DNA from: Lama guanicoe
Lineage: Eukaryota
Assembly (NCBI GenBank): GCA_013239625.1
Contig: MU053810.1
Coordinates: forward strand, 1,125,320 to 1,189,319
DNA length: 64,000 nt
Direction: 5' to 3'
Part shown: positions 13,768-28,939 of the stretch, in pieces
Layout: the number at the start of each line of letters is the position of its first letter
Position numbering within the stretch: position 1 is the first letter of the stretch
Translations under genes and position numbers: made by a program
Notes under the pieces: model-generated
What the model was told of the DNA's origin: nothing
The model's database searches: none
The model's input: the letters and a program-made list of their open reading frames with translations, nothing else

Positions 13768-15089
13768 AAAAAGTCAACTTTTAAATTGCTTAATCTTTGT
13801 AATACTAAGACTTTGGAAACTATTATCCTATGATGCCTAAGTGCCTTTCTTTAAAATAGCATGAACCATATATCAGATCTCTTTTTGTAATGATTTTTTA
13901 ATGACTTGTGCATCATCACCTGGGATCTTTACTTCTGCAACATCTAGGTATAAAACACTACTTTCTTTAAACCTTTACTACTGTGTGGTTTATGCTATGT
14001 TTTATTAGAAAAGATATGTTTCTATAAAACATCCCACTTCCTGATCTGTATGAGAAAAGACAATTTAAAGGCTGGTAGAGACATGCTAATGTCAGCAGTG
14101 TTAGGTGTGATTATCACTGCAGTACTCATTCCAAGAGGGGAGTTGATTTCCTTTGCAGGTACGTGCTCGAATAATCTCATCTCAGACACAGGCAAGTGTT
14201 TGTGTAATCCTTCATTTTTCCATTAGGAATTGTACATACATCATATAACCCCAATTAATATGCATTTAAGACTGGTGAGCAAATGATACACTGCTGCAGT
14301 GTGTTCATAGGGCCGTGTAAAAACACAAATGCTGTTAGCATTTTTCAAAATCGATCTCCTGACATGTCTCCCTTTATTCATTTTCCTTGCAAGTGAGGGG
14401 ATATTTCAAGGATGTCATAATTAGCATTGTTTTGATAATTTATTTTGTATTTATTGTTGTGACTGAATTTTCTCAAGGTATATTGGATTGGGGAAATTAA
14501 GCATTAATATTTTTTTCATTGTGTAGTTTCTGGGAGGTTAATACAGGTGCCTTCAGTTGAAGAACCATTGATTAGATTCTTTTATCATTACTAGAATTGT
14601 GACTTTTAGTCACTTAATTCTCCCATGGTCTCCAGATCTATTAACATTGTTCATTTTGTAATGATTTTTTTGCCCGCCCTAGCCTAGAACATTATTATCA
14701 TCTTCTCCTGTGTAATTTCATCTGAACCCAAAGTGCTGTCACCCCCTTGGTCTTTTTATTTTCAGACATGCTGTACTGATTTTGAACAACCTTGTTTATT
14801 TTTGTTTATCAACAAAAAGACCTTGTTTATTTTTGTTTTGAGGGTCTCCTATGAACCAGGTACTGTGTAGGAAACAACACAGTCATGGCCCCCAAGCAAA
14901 GACACAAGCATAGTAACATTATAGCATTTGGGGATATTTCCTCCTGTTCTTGCTTGTATGTAAGTAGTTATATAACACGTATGTGTAAAAACATACTGTG
15001 TATGTATATGTATAGACACACACACACACTGTTGAACTTCTATTGTGTTGCCTGATACATAGTAGGTAATCAGTAAGTGTTACACTCAT

Positions 15090-15725
15090 TAAATGTGATA
15101 CAGATGTTTTCTCCAGCTCACTAGTTGGCCTTTTGATCATTACATTGGTATCTTTCATAAACAGAAATACTTAATTTGAATTTAGGCCTATTTTTCAGTA
15201 TTTTCCCCTTATGGTTAATAATCTTTACATTTTATTGAAAACACTTTTCTCAGTCCCACATCACAAAGATACTGTTGTGTTATCTTAGACAAGCTGTGTT
15301 GTTTTACCTTCCACATTTCAGGAACATCCTATGTGGAATTTATTCTTTTTGAATGCTGTGAAGTAGGGAGTCAAGGTTTGTTTTTCCCCACAAGGCTACC
15401 TAATTTATTCAATCTGCATTGAAAAGATTGTCCCTTCCTTCACTGCTCTAACGAGCTAATCTTTTCATAAATCAGATGTACAAATATATGTAGAATTTTC
15501 AGGATTTTTTATCCATTTCCCTGGCCCACTTGTCTTTACTCCAATACCACTTTGTCTTGATTATTCTACCTTTATAATATCTTAATATCTGATAGAGTCA
15601 ATTCTCCAACTTCGTTCTTCTTTATGACAAAGTTTGGCTATTCTTAGTCCTTTTGGAGTTCTGTATTAAGCTCGGAATCAGTTTATCAATTTTGGGGAAA
15701 AAAATCTATTGAAATTGTGCTGGAT
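15090..15725 (-). mobile_element. Old L1M ORF2 fragment
   Basis: Typical antisense L1 text: cacaaagatac, tgtgaagtagggagtcaagg, ccaataccacttt, ttggctattcttagtcctttt. Confidence 0.78.
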
Positions 15726-15984
15726 CTCAGTGAATCATAAGAATTGATGAATAATTCATGTTTTCATCTTTGTTCTGAGGATCCTTGGGGTCCTGGGGTA
15801 TTAAGCACACACAGGAACAAGGCTGGAGTGTTTATTCATTGACACAGGATTCAGACAAATTAATATCATAACCTGTCTCTTAAAAATGATCTTGATTCAT
15901 GCCCTCTGTCGCTCATAGGACACCAAACTCTTTATTCTATTAGCAGCAACTGATGACATAAACATAACCGCAGATCACAACTAC

Positions 15985-16175
15985 AATTTATCGAATATGT
16001 TAGATGGGCCAGGTACTATGTTAGGTCTTCCACTTATTTTAATTTATAATTCCTATTAAGACTGTACATGGAGCTATCCCATTTTATAAATAACGAAAAT
16101 GATACGTTCAGAGAGGCTAAATCACCTGCCTAATGTTGACCATCTAGTAAATTCTGAGACCAGAGGCCAAACCCT
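15985..16175 (-). mobile_element. MIR SINE
   Basis: gccaggtactatgttagg...tatcccattttata...cagagaggctaaatcacctgcctaa. Confidence 0.75.
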
Positions 16176-17179
16176 GCCATGTCTTTTGTCCCCAATCGCA
16201 TTCCCAGTGCCTTGGACGAGTAAGACTGCAAAGATTGACTCAGTAGATACGTGGTAACTGAATGAGCACTGCTGTCTTTCTTTCCATTTCCTATTAATAA
16301 TTCACATTTCTTTCCTCAAAAATGATAAAACTTCCAAAATGGTTTTAATAAGTAGCAAGTTTAAAGTTTGTAGTACTAGAATCATATTTGGTGATAATGT
16401 GGTATGAAATCTAATTGATCAAAGAAATTAGAGAAAGAGCACCAGGGGGCCCAGAGTGTGAGGAATCACTTTAATACTTCAGAAGGCTGTGTGTTACCTA
16501 GCATGTCTTTAATGTTTTATTATCTCTTTTTTGAATTGATAATTAAAGTGACGGCCTAAAATCTGTCCTTTATGGCAAAACTACATTGATATTTAATTGT
16601 TTCTGCCATTATTTTTCCTCCCTGAGTTGGAAATAGGAGGGAAAAAAGATACTTTAAAAATTATCTGCCAACTCATTAAGATATGTTTAAGTAAAACTGA
16701 CCTAAGTTCATAAGAAAATATAAATTTGAACATAGAAACCTTTTAGACCTGTGAGTAGAACCGTGGGACAGCTTCCTTTCTCTTTTCTGTGCTCTGATTA
16801 TTTATATATATATGTATGTTTTTTATGCCTCTTATAAACACATTTAGTGCTTCAAGTTCTCATTTTTACCCACATAAAAATAAACTCTACAAAACCAATC
16901 AGAGTGTGAGCAGTATTGCTGTAAAAAGAAAATCATCCAAGTTATTACGTATTAGACCTGGTAATTTCCAGTAATTCAAAAATTACCATAATTTTTGCAC
17001 ATTGTACCAATGGACACACGGATTCAAAATAAAAATAGTAGAAGAATTGTTTTGTACTGAAGATTAAGAGTCATCTTTGTGCTATAAAACATTATTGTAC
17101 TTTAGGATAAACTTAGAACAACAGAATATGGTTGATGACAAACAGTATTTTATGGTTTTCTTCTTCATTTATCTGATAA

Positions 17180-17434
<255 letters not shown>

Positions 17435-17769
17435 TAGTCTGCTAATGAATGAAAATGGACAGTTAATCACCACTTCAATAGTTTTAAAATGGTATAATTG
17501 GAAAAAAAAAAAAGCTTTAGAAGAATTGGACCTGAAAGGCTAGTAGGATTTTTTTTAGCTATTCAGTTTATGATTATGGCTTTTATTGTGAGATGACAGC
17601 TTCTGTGTAACACTGTTTTATCCTGGAAATGTATCATGTAGGTTTCAGTATCAATGTCTGAGAAGAACACAATTGAATATATACACTTCGGTGGTATATC
17701 AGTGTGCAGTTCTTGCTGTCTTTGATGGTAATGGTGCTACATTCTTCAACAGTCTTTTCCTAATTGTTT

Positions 17770-18635
17770 CTTTTAAAAAAATATGAAACTGTTTTAAACT
17801 CACAAAAGATTGCAAGAATCTCACAGATAACTCCAACATACTTTCCACTCAGAGATCCGTTTTTAAGTAGCATCTTTTATAGGAAAAATTCAATTCAATA
17901 TGGAATTACTTACCATATTCCATGGTTTTAAATGGAATTCCTTCGTTTTCCCTAAACTTTTATGATCTTGATATTTTAAAAGGTCATGATGCAATCATTT
18001 TGTAGAATGTCCCTCAAATTGGATTTGTTCAGTGTTAAGCATTTTTTTCTCTATATCATCACCAATATTGTGTTTTTTTTAATTGCATCCCATTGGTTAG
18101 TACATGGTGTTTGTTGGTCTCAGAACTTTTGTCCCCTTTGTTATCAATAAATATTTTGTGAGGAAATATCTTGTAAGTATATAAAATCTAATCTCAACTC
18201 AATTTTACCCATTAGTTTTTGCTTCCTTTTAGTCTTTTTTGCTGGAATTAATTTTACTATGATGGTTGTCTCTTTGTGATTTTCTAACTCCATTATTTTG
18301 TCCACATTTGTAGGTTGGTTTTCTATTGTTAAAAAATAATCTCTCCATTTATTTCCATTTATTGATTTATATCAGTGTGGACTCATGGATTCCTATTTTG
18401 TTCAATTTGTTTTCATTCATTACCATTATTATTCATTAGCTCTTCAATTGTACCCGTTTTTTTTCTTAGGAGATCCTTTAAACTGACTTCTGTTTCTCTT
18501 CAACAAATCCATCATTCTTTAAAGCATTTCTTTTCTTTCTGGACAAAAAGATGTTCTAGACTCATCTTTTTGTTATCCTGTTCCATTGCTGGAATTAACT
18601 GTTTTTTTTTCAGGGGCTCCTGGTTTCTTTTAGAA
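17770..18635 (-). mobile_element. Ancient L1ME-like 3' region
   Basis: tttgtagaatgtccctcaaattggatttg, atcagtgtggactcatggattcctattt, caaaaagatgttctagactcatctt. Confidence 0.75.
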
Positions 18636-19120
18636 CACCAAGTTATACAGGCAAAACAGAAAGAATCTGGAATTTTGATGACTAGCCCTAGGTCTTCCCT
18701 GATATATGCCTTATATAATAGATAAGGTTTGTAAGTATATATATGGATACATCATTTACACAGAATAAGCCATCTCTGTTTTGAAGCATCTTCATTTATA
18801 CTTCACTTCATAGTTTATGTAACATTTTCCAAGAAGCCAGGTCTGAAAAATAAATCCCCAAATTCCAGGATTTTTAAAATTAATTTTATCAATTTTAGAC
18901 CAGGGGTGTCTCCGTAGAAGATCTCTCCCCCTGTTAAATATGATTAATTTGTTTTCTAAGAAGTCTATGTTTAGTATGTTTACAAAGAGATTACACTTGA
19001 GCTACTGCTTTGTTTTCCCGCAATAAACAGAAATGGACTGTAGATCAGCTGCTTCCTGCATATTAAATATTATTTTTTCTAAAAAAAAGGTCAAATATAT
19101 CTTATTTTTAAAATGCTGTT

Positions 19121-19344
19121 GTTATACTCAATGGCTTATAGTAACCTGTAATGAAAAAGAATGTGAAAAAAATATGTATATATTTATATGTATAACTGAA
19201 TCACTGTGCTATACACCAGAAACTAATACAACATTGTAAATCAACCATACTTCAATTAAAAAAATGGAAAAGGAGAAAATGCATAAATAAAAAAGAAAAA
19301 ACACCTCCACAATTTGGAAAAAAATTTTTAAAAAGCTAAAAAAA
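19121..19344 (+). mobile_element. Short L1 3' end with extended tail and TSD
   Basis: gtataactgaatcactgtgctatacaccagaaactaatacaacattgtaaatcaaccatacttcaattaaaa; TSD taa[a/g]atgctgtt at 19109-19120 and 19345-19356. Confidence 0.85.
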
Positions 19345-20850
19345 TAAGATGCTGTTTGTTTTTTTTTTTAATTGGAAATGTTACATTTATAGATCAATTT
19401 TGAAAGAATAGTTTCATTTATAATAGGTGAGACTTATTACCAAACACAGTTCAAGAGTTAAGTTGTTTGTATATATGTATGTGTGTGTTTAATAATCTGA
19501 AATCATCCAGCTTGTTTTATGGGTTGAAGTTACAATTTACCATTTGCTTTGCCTAGAGTTTTAAAAAATGATTTTAGGCAAAATAATCAATACAACTTAC
19601 TGCAGGGTTTGAATCAGAAAAATGAGAATTATTTACCTGGTGTATTTTGTGGTTGAGATTAATTATCTGAAATACGCTTTCAGTTTTTTCAGGATAAGAT
19701 TTTGTATTAGTAGATGAAAAATTATAAAACAACATTAAAAACTTACGAATAATTAATTATCTAATAATTAAAATGGTAATACATATGATCCTTGTTTTTG
19801 TGCTTGGCTGAATAAAATAACACTAAATGTTGCTTTACCATCTTGCATGAACACAGTTTTCCTTTGTGATTTGTATATAGAGCAGTATTCACGCAGGGAA
19901 GATTTATTTCCTAGACATTCTTTTTAGTATCCTTCAAAAATGATTTTTATGTTTTGTAGAAATTATATTTTATTGACTTTAATGATACATTGATTTAACT
20001 TGAATTTTATAGACCAAGAATTTGGTGATATTTGTGCTAGCCGCATATCACTTTTTATATGACTCTAGAAACTCTAGCTCTATAAAAATAACCATTTGCA
20101 TTTAACTTAAAAAAAAAAGAATAATAAAAGCATGAAAAGTTACCTTCGCTTTCAAAAGTCAGAACTCCCCAAACCTTTTATCTGAATGGTTGTACAAATT
20201 GTGTTGTTAACAAGCAATGTTGTGACATACTTAAATAAACTGGATAAGGCAGTTATTTTAAAATGTGAAATTGTACTGCTCTTCACAATTCTCTTCAGTT
20301 ACTCCCTGGACGGCTCTTTTTGCATCACTGTGAAAGAAGAGCCGTGATCATTTGTCTGCTAGGATGAATCTGAATTGCTCTTTAGAATGAGGGTCCAATA
20401 GTACAGGTGCGACTGTTGGGTAGGGAGCTCCCACTGGCAGAAATGAGTGCGTACCACTCATGTTACCCATATGTGCTGTTGGAAACGAGTGGGTTCCCAT
20501 TGTAACATCATCCCCACTGAACCCAAGGTCATTCTCAAAAGAGTGTTTTAGTAAGTAATTCTGTGCTTTTCATTTGACTACATGAATATTATTTAACATA
20601 AGAGAATTCCATTATTCCTGCTGTCAGATTTTCAAAACTGAGTTAGTTAAGAGTTCTTAATTAAATGGTGCCCAGGTACTTTTGGACTTGACTGACAGAT
20701 ATTCACGTGCCACTTTATTACACAAAGCTTGTGAGCTACCCTGGGGGGCACAGTGGCTGTTCTAGGAAACAAAGAGATCGAATGAACAATGTCTCAGCTT
20801 TTCTCTCAGGGATTCACGTTGATATTAAATTTTTAAAAAATTACTGGTAA

Positions 20851-21045
<195 letters not shown>

Positions 21046-22784
21046 TAGCTGATGATTGAGTTTTGTAGAATTTTTTCCTTTAATTTTATTTTATTTCCTC
21101 TATTTCTTGTCTTCTTGTCTCCCGTTTCCTTTCTGACGTGTTGTGTGCTTACCACTGCACATGGCATTTTCCACTTAACAATTCTGGCATATGCTAATTG
21201 TTTCCCCATTAGACAACTGTATTCCTAGGAACATTCAATTTTAGTGACAACCATCCTGCCTCCACAATCAATCTTCCACGTATAAAGAACACCTCCCTCT
21301 ATTTTGTAAATGTATTCCCACAGACTGTAGAATAATCACATTAATTTATTTCAGACCTGATCAAAGAAACCTTTGAAAGGAACACTCAGTTGTTGAACCT
21401 TATTAGAGAAAATAGATTTACTTAATTGCAGAATATTTGGGGAGGCACAAAACTGTGTGATGCTTTGTCTTCATGTAGGTTACAATAACGTGAGGAGGAT
21501 AAACCCTGACAATTCAGGAAAAGAACAAGTAATACTTAGATTCACAGGTTGAAACTGAAAGTAATTATGTTCCAGGATATCTAGTGTGAATTTTATTTTA
21601 TTTTAATAGATTATCAGAGAAACAAGAGCTCCGTGGATAGGAGCTCTGTGTTTTGAGTTTGGCTTCTCTGGTGTTTTTGTCAGAATGGGCGTTTCTTGGA
21701 AAATAAAACTTAGCTGTTAAGATTTGTCAAGATTGGGTAAGAGAATAAGAATCCAGAGCTATTTATATCAGAGAATATTTTTTTCTTAGTCTTAAAAGCA
21801 CAGGACTTTAGTCCATGAATTGAAAGCTGCTTATATATAGATAGAAGATACAGTATCTCTGCTAATTGTTGCACTTCCAGTCCTCTGTATATGTAGTAAG
21901 AGTAGACAAATTGGCTGTGAATATTGAGTAACTTTATCTATAATCATCTGCCGTGTCTAATAGATCAGCCCCTTTCAGCTCCAGTGGAAGGACAGGCTAC
22001 CTACAGCTGTTTAAAGGCGTTGATACAGAGTTATCCCCAATTCCTTAGAATGTTACGTATAATAAATGCCATGTATTTTCAACCTCTTGCTTTCTTACGG
22101 GTCATTAGTGGATAACTTAGGAAACCGTTAAGAAGTAATTGCAACCTGAAGGGAGCGAAGATTGGACAGCAATTGAGTGGTCTTACACAATATCAAATTT
22201 ATTATTAAGAGGATTCCGTGCGTTCAGCCTCTAAGACCTTTAACCAGAGGCAGGAAGAATCATCAGCAAGAGCACGGACGAGGTTTTGCTGCTGCCAGAC
22301 CCTGGCTTTCCACTTCAGGCGGTGAATTCGTAACTAGTCTGTTGTGCAAGTGGTACATTTGCATAGTAAAAGCGTGTTCAAAATCACATTAAAAGGGATT
22401 TAAGCAAAGGAATCAATTATTAATTTAGCCTCTCTGAAATTTAATTTTTTTCACATATTGAAATTTGAGGAGAAATATTACCTATGTTGCTTGAATCTTG
22501 AAAAAGTATTAGTGGCTTGTGAATATTTGATGTGTAATGTGGTTCATTCATTCTTCAGTAAAAATAGATCAAGGACCTACTGTGTGCAGAGCACATTACT
22601 GTGCACTGGAGAAATAGTGATGAGATGGGCATACTATCCCTGTTTCTTCGATTTTTACAGTATTTTTCCCTTTGGCCTCAGAAACATGAGCGCCTCTAAC
22701 ACTTGAGTAAAAATATATGATATTTTTAGACATGATTTGTTGAGTCAGCAGTGGGTAGTTTTCAGAGTAATATTTGGGAACCCC

Positions 22785-22925
22785 CAGAGGTACATACTAT
22801 GATTATCTCCATTTTATACATGAGGATACAGAAATACCTAGAAGTTGGGTAACTTTCCCTACTCAGTCTAACTACAAAGTGCCAGTGGCAGGCTTCGAAC
22901 ACAGTCAGGTCATCTACAAGTCTGT
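22785..22925 (-). mobile_element. MIR SINE
   Basis: attatctccattttatacatgaggatacaga...taactttcc...gtggcaggcttcgaacacagtc. Confidence 0.75.
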
Positions 22926-24416
22926 AATACTGGAGAAAAAAAATATCATAATTGCTCTTTAAAAAAGTTTAATCACATTCAACAGTAAAGTCTGTGTAAT
23001 CTTAACCAACATTGTCCAGAGCATTGAAGTATTTGACTATTTGGAAATGGCAGGCAACTATACTGTGTCTATGAGATGACAAAAGAAAAACCCAAAAACC
23101 AAAAAACAAACAAACAAACAAAAACTAATACTGAGATACTTACTGAATTATCTGATTTCTTAGTCACAAAGCATTGCATCACATATTTAAGTGTTCAGAT
23201 ATATCCAGATAATAGAGTACCTTTTAAAATTTGTGTATCAATCTTTCTTTGGCTCAGTTTCCTTATGAAAAGTCTTAATTTTTGTTCTTTTTAATTTCAC
23301 CTCTTCCTAATCACTTCCGAGCTCTTAATCTGTCTTACACATTTATTTTTCTTTTCCTACTATGAAGGATAATAATTTATTTCTTTTATGTAAATTTGAC
23401 ACATGAATTTACATTAAAAGTCGTACTTTTGTTTTGCTTTTTTTGTAATGTGAATGACATGATTCCCAATTATTCTCACATGTTAAAAGGAAAACACCTA
23501 GGTTTTCATACAATCATATAAATGCAGAGCACACCTTAAGGAAAAATAATTATTTCTTTCAAGAAAAACACTTGTTTAGATTTGGTAAAAAGATGGATGG
23601 GAGTTAGATGACAATAAATATTTTGTTTAAAAATCATGGAGGTAAATAGGTATTGCTGATTAACTCATCTCTGATTGTCCTAAATCCGCTTTAAAATACA
23701 TGATTATTTCTTATGCTAACACACAGATCCGTATTTAGCTTGCAGACGAATTTAGTAGAAGCCACCTGCGTTAGTTTCACTTAAACGACTGTTGTTACTA
23801 TTTTTCATTCATTCCATCGAAGTCCATAGAAGTGGGATCTAACTGTTCAACAGTGACACACATGAGAGTTTTGTTCATCACCTACACTCACCAAAGGCAA
23901 GTCACAGTTGTCTCAATTCCAAAGACGTGGCCAATTAAAATAAAAAAGCAACTCACGGTATTGAGGTTGACATATTTTCAATTTTAAATGGTTGAGTTGG
24001 ACAGATCAGAGGAATGGCAAGACCTGGACAAAATAGAGTTAAAAGACCTGCTTGCATCTTCTTTCTCCTGGTTGGCCTCCCGCTTCCATATGTGATGAGG
24101 TGCCCAGAAGCGAGCAGGTCTTGTTCTGGGTCTGAGAGTTGCAGATGCAGCAGTGGTAGGTGAGTCCTACCAGTTTCATAGGCCTCTTATCCTAAATATC
24201 TAAACAAGAGGCGATGATGGTGCCACTCCCGCATTGCGTGTGCAGTGTGGTGCTGACCTCAGATATCCCTACAACTTCCTGGGTCAGCTTCATTATGGGG
24301 ATGATTGGGGGCATTTTTATCAGATTGAAGCCCTGTGTCCTGTATTTGCTGATTGTCCCAAGTTTTGAATTCTTGTTGGATGGTTCCACTGATACTGCCT
24401 TTTTTTTTTTCCTTAA

Positions 24417-24728
<312 letters not shown>

Positions 24729-27329
24729 TAACTCAGCAGCCAAGGCAGGTCAGGAAATTTAACCATTTAAATACATGCCTTTCTCCCTCTCAAGACTTAA
24801 TTTAGAACCATAAGTCATTTAAAACTAATTGATGGCTTGCTGTTTGTATGTGAAGAATTGGAGACAAAGTGGCAAACAGGTGTCTCCAAAGACAAACAGA
24901 ATGGAAGCAAGTATTTTCCATAGGAAAGACATTTTTGGAAAAAAAGACAAGCAAAACATTCATCAAAGCTGATTCATGCAGTGTTGACAAGCTTCTGTGC
25001 TTTATGGATTTCAGGGAGTTTTCATTCCTTTGTGTCAATTACGAGCTGGAGTGAGTAGTTAAAAAAACAAACAAACAAAAATCTCAATAACCAAATAATG
25101 TATAAAATAGACAAAGTGATCTCCTAAGGGAAACGCATATCGGCTATGTAATGTTGTAGGAGATGAACTCATAATAAACAGCACCTATTAAAATATCCTT
25201 AGCTAAATGGGCCATAAGTGGTCATCCAGGGAAGTCTGTAAAATCATGCAAACGGTCCACTTGTTGCCTCATTTCATTGCAAATGAGGTGAGTAAAAATT
25301 GTCAAAATGAACGTTGATAAATTATTCCACTGTTAGTGATAGTTTCTGCGCTAGCAGGTTACAGTTTGATCTTTTTTTTTTTTTGCCTCTTGAAACCAAA
25401 TGTGGAATAACAGGAACCACTTCAGTATAATCAGAGCTTCCATTTATACAGAACTTTTAACTTTCAAAGCCCTTTTTTATCTACTAATCTCTACTTGATC
25501 TTCACAGAAACCCCAGTGGTAAGGGGGACAGATACTGTTAGTGCATTCCACGGATAAAACTGCCGACAAAAGTGGCTCAGCTTTGGTCAAAGTTCATAAA
25601 ACTGGTACTGACAGAGTTGATCCCAGCACCCAAGCACTTTGATTTATGATTTTATGCTTTGCCCAAGTTACCATGGCACCTGTGTGCAACTGAATCTTAA
25701 GAAAACCAACAAATCTGTAGACATAAAAATCCTGTTTATATCCAATAACTATTTATTTCTTCAAGTGTGGATTGTATCTTATAATTTCCATTATTATTAT
25801 TATAGGAACCAAACAAAACTGGCTAATCTCGAATTCTGTATTAATTAGTATTTGTCTTTACCTCATGAATATTTTGCTGCATTTGAGTAATTTTCTGCAC
25901 CAAATGCATTTACATTTTTTTCATTACTGTTCTCATTTGAGCATCTCACAAATCTATTAGATTATCAGTCAAACAGAACAGATATTACGCTTTTGAATTT
26001 TATTTGTAATATCGCCAACTTATCTCTTTCCAAAGATATGTTTTAATGCAATTTTTTCAGTATTTAAAGTATCATTTTATTTCTGGCTAAATTTTCCTTG
26101 AACTCATTTTTAGATTCTAATGTGAATATTTCTAGGAAGCCTCTGTCTGTCTGGGAAGGGCTGCTGATATACTAAGAGGGTCGGAGAAGTGTACTGAAGT
26201 TTGCTGTCTTGGTGTTCTTTTGTCTGGAAGATAAAGGCAAAAGTAATTATGAGCCTTGGGAGGAAAGTTGTATCAGACGGTGCTTTTTGTTGAACTGAAT
26301 TCAAATCACTTTAAGATTTGAATGGGGCTATGATATCAGTAATACTGGAGCATGAAAGATGAATTAGTTCCAGATACTACATAGGAAGAAGAAAACTTTT
26401 TGAGCTCCTTAGAACAAATAAACAGCCAAAAAGACAGATGAAACCTTTAAAGTAACCCACATTTTGATATTGGTTATTATTTGAATATGATTTCATTTTA
26501 TATAGCAGTACGTATTTTCTTACGTATTTTAAAAATTCAATTTTATTTCTGTGTTAATGGTCTTAAATGTTATGTTTTAATTATAGGGTAGTGATTAGAA
26601 CCTGCTATAAGAATTATGAGCGATGTTATTTTTGCTGCATATACATAAACTTTGATGTTTTCATTAGACCCAGAAGAATAGGAAGAAAAACTTATTAAAA
26701 ATCACCATAGCAACTGCTCTCAGAAGTTTGGCTGACAACCAACCAAAAATTTAGGCTTATTCCATGGTCTTTGGGAACTTGTGTGGTTTTTGTTTTTTTT
26801 GTATGTTTGTTTTGAGGGTTTTTGTTCATTTGTTTGTTTTGGAGAATTCTAAGTAAAGGCTGAGCATGTATCACAACTCAAAGAGAATGTCTAAAATATC
26901 TCTTAGTAGAAATACACCTCCCTTTTTGTTGGAATAGCAGAAAAAATGGAAAAAATTAACTCTTTTTACAGGCATAGACTGTCTGACAGTGGGGAAAAAA
27001 AAACCTTTATAAAAAGAAGGTACCTTTGACTTTAATTTTGGGTAGATTAATAAAGACCCAGAAAGCACAATCTAGCAGAAAAATTAACATGTTGTTTTGC
27101 TTTGTAATATAAATATCATGTCTAAAATATAAGCCGTAGTCAAAGAAAAAACGGATTTGTGTATCTGAGAAACCTAAAATCTTAATCATACATGTCTTTG
27201 CCATTGGTCTAGAGGCTCCTTTGGAAAACAACCATGTTTTTTGTTTCCCTGTATGTTCTAATTAGCATATTTATTGTTGATACACAATTAGAGTATTGAA
27301 GGCACACTCAAAATAATTTAATTCTCCAC

Positions 27330-27870
27330 TGTGATTAGTAAGGATACAGGATATTTGATTAACATAATTAGTAAGTAATCTGAACTTAATGGGCACATAT
27401 AACACTGTGTTTCCCAACAGCATTTATCTATTCTTTTCAAATACACATAGAATATATATTATTAAGCATGAAGCGAATTTCAATAATTTTAAATGGATTA
27501 AAGTGACATAGAATACATCTTTTGAATTAGGCTGGAAATTAGTTCTAAGACAAAAGTTAGAAAATCCCTATTAGTTAGAAAAAAGAAACTTAATAACCCA
27601 TGTATTCCCCCCCAAATTACAATAAAATTAGAAAATATTTTAAATACAAAGTAATAAAAATAATGCTTTTAAAACCTGTGGGATTTAGCTAAGAACATGC
27701 TTGGAGAAAAATTTGTATACTTAAATCCTTATTGTAGAAATTAATTAGCTAATAATGCCAATTAATGGACTAGAACATGAATGTTAAGATAGGTTTTGGA
27801 AAGACTGATAAAAATTTCAAGACCCTGTTAAGAATGATCAATAGAAATAGAGAAGACAAAAATATCAAAT
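27330..27870 (+). mobile_element. Old L1M ORF2 fragment
   Basis: attcttttcaaatacacatagaa, aaacctgtgggatttagctaa, ttttggaaagactgataaaa. Confidence 0.7.
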
Positions 27871-28548
27871 TAATTCAACATATATTTATAGACATTTAAA
27901 TAAAGATTGGAAAAATAATAGGTCAAGTGATAACTTGGTTTATATGTATGCATAACTTTAATTCCCCTAAGCACTTAGTTATCCTTCAGTACTAACTTAC
28001 TTACTTTATTTAAGTTGATTTGTTCACAACTTTACTGTCCTTTCTCATTTGTGATAGCAGAATTCTCTGATTTTCAAGGAAACCAATGAATTTTGGTGGG
28101 AGAAGGTGCCATCCTTTGATGCTATGATGTAGGGCACCTTTTACTCACAGTAAGATTACGTTACTTCTCTACCTTATCCAGTGCTCCATCTGGAACTTTT
28201 TAGCATTTCAGAATTTGTGTCAGTTGTGCCAAAAATGAATGTGGCACAAATGGTGTAAAGTGCCTCTGTGGGAAGGCAACAGGAAGCCAGTGTACATCAC
28301 CCTGTGCACTGGAAATCACTGACTTAGCCTCACATACTGTACATTTCCTTCTCATTTACTTTTTGGTAAACAATGGGCATTGCTAATGTAAGAAGGGGCC
28401 CTGGAGCAAAAACAAAGTGAAACAAGATGATTACCTGGATAATCGTGGTGCTTTTTGTCTAGTAAAAAAGATAGGTACGTAAACATTCCCATTATGAATA
28501 TATATATGTATGTATGTATGCATATCTATATATGCATGTATGTTGTAT

Positions 28549-28575
<27 letters not shown>
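28549..28575. repeat. (AC)13 microsatellite with TA/TATG flank
   Basis: Direct reading. Confidence 0.95.
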
Positions 28576-28580
<5 letters not shown>

Positions 28581-28939
28581 GTATCACCTTGAAAACAACT
28601 AGCATATTTTCAGAGACTTTATTAATCATGGACTCTTTGGAGATTGTTAAAAAGTAGGTCAGGAATCACAATGTTAATAAACCAGTCTTCCTGGGAAGGA
28701 TCCGCTGTCCTAAGCTTCAGGAATTCATTACTGCAGGCTGTAGCCTGGTGACGGGCTCAGAACGCTTTCACAGTCTTTCCAAAATTATCAACACTTGTCC
28801 TCGCTGTTGTGAACTCAGTGTAGAGTAATATTTTCCAAAGGATGCAATCAGGTAGTCATCAGGGAAGAAAAGATTGCGTGTGAGGGGTTTCTCTGGATCC
28901 TACATTGTGAATTTTCAAATGATATGCTTGATAGCTTGT

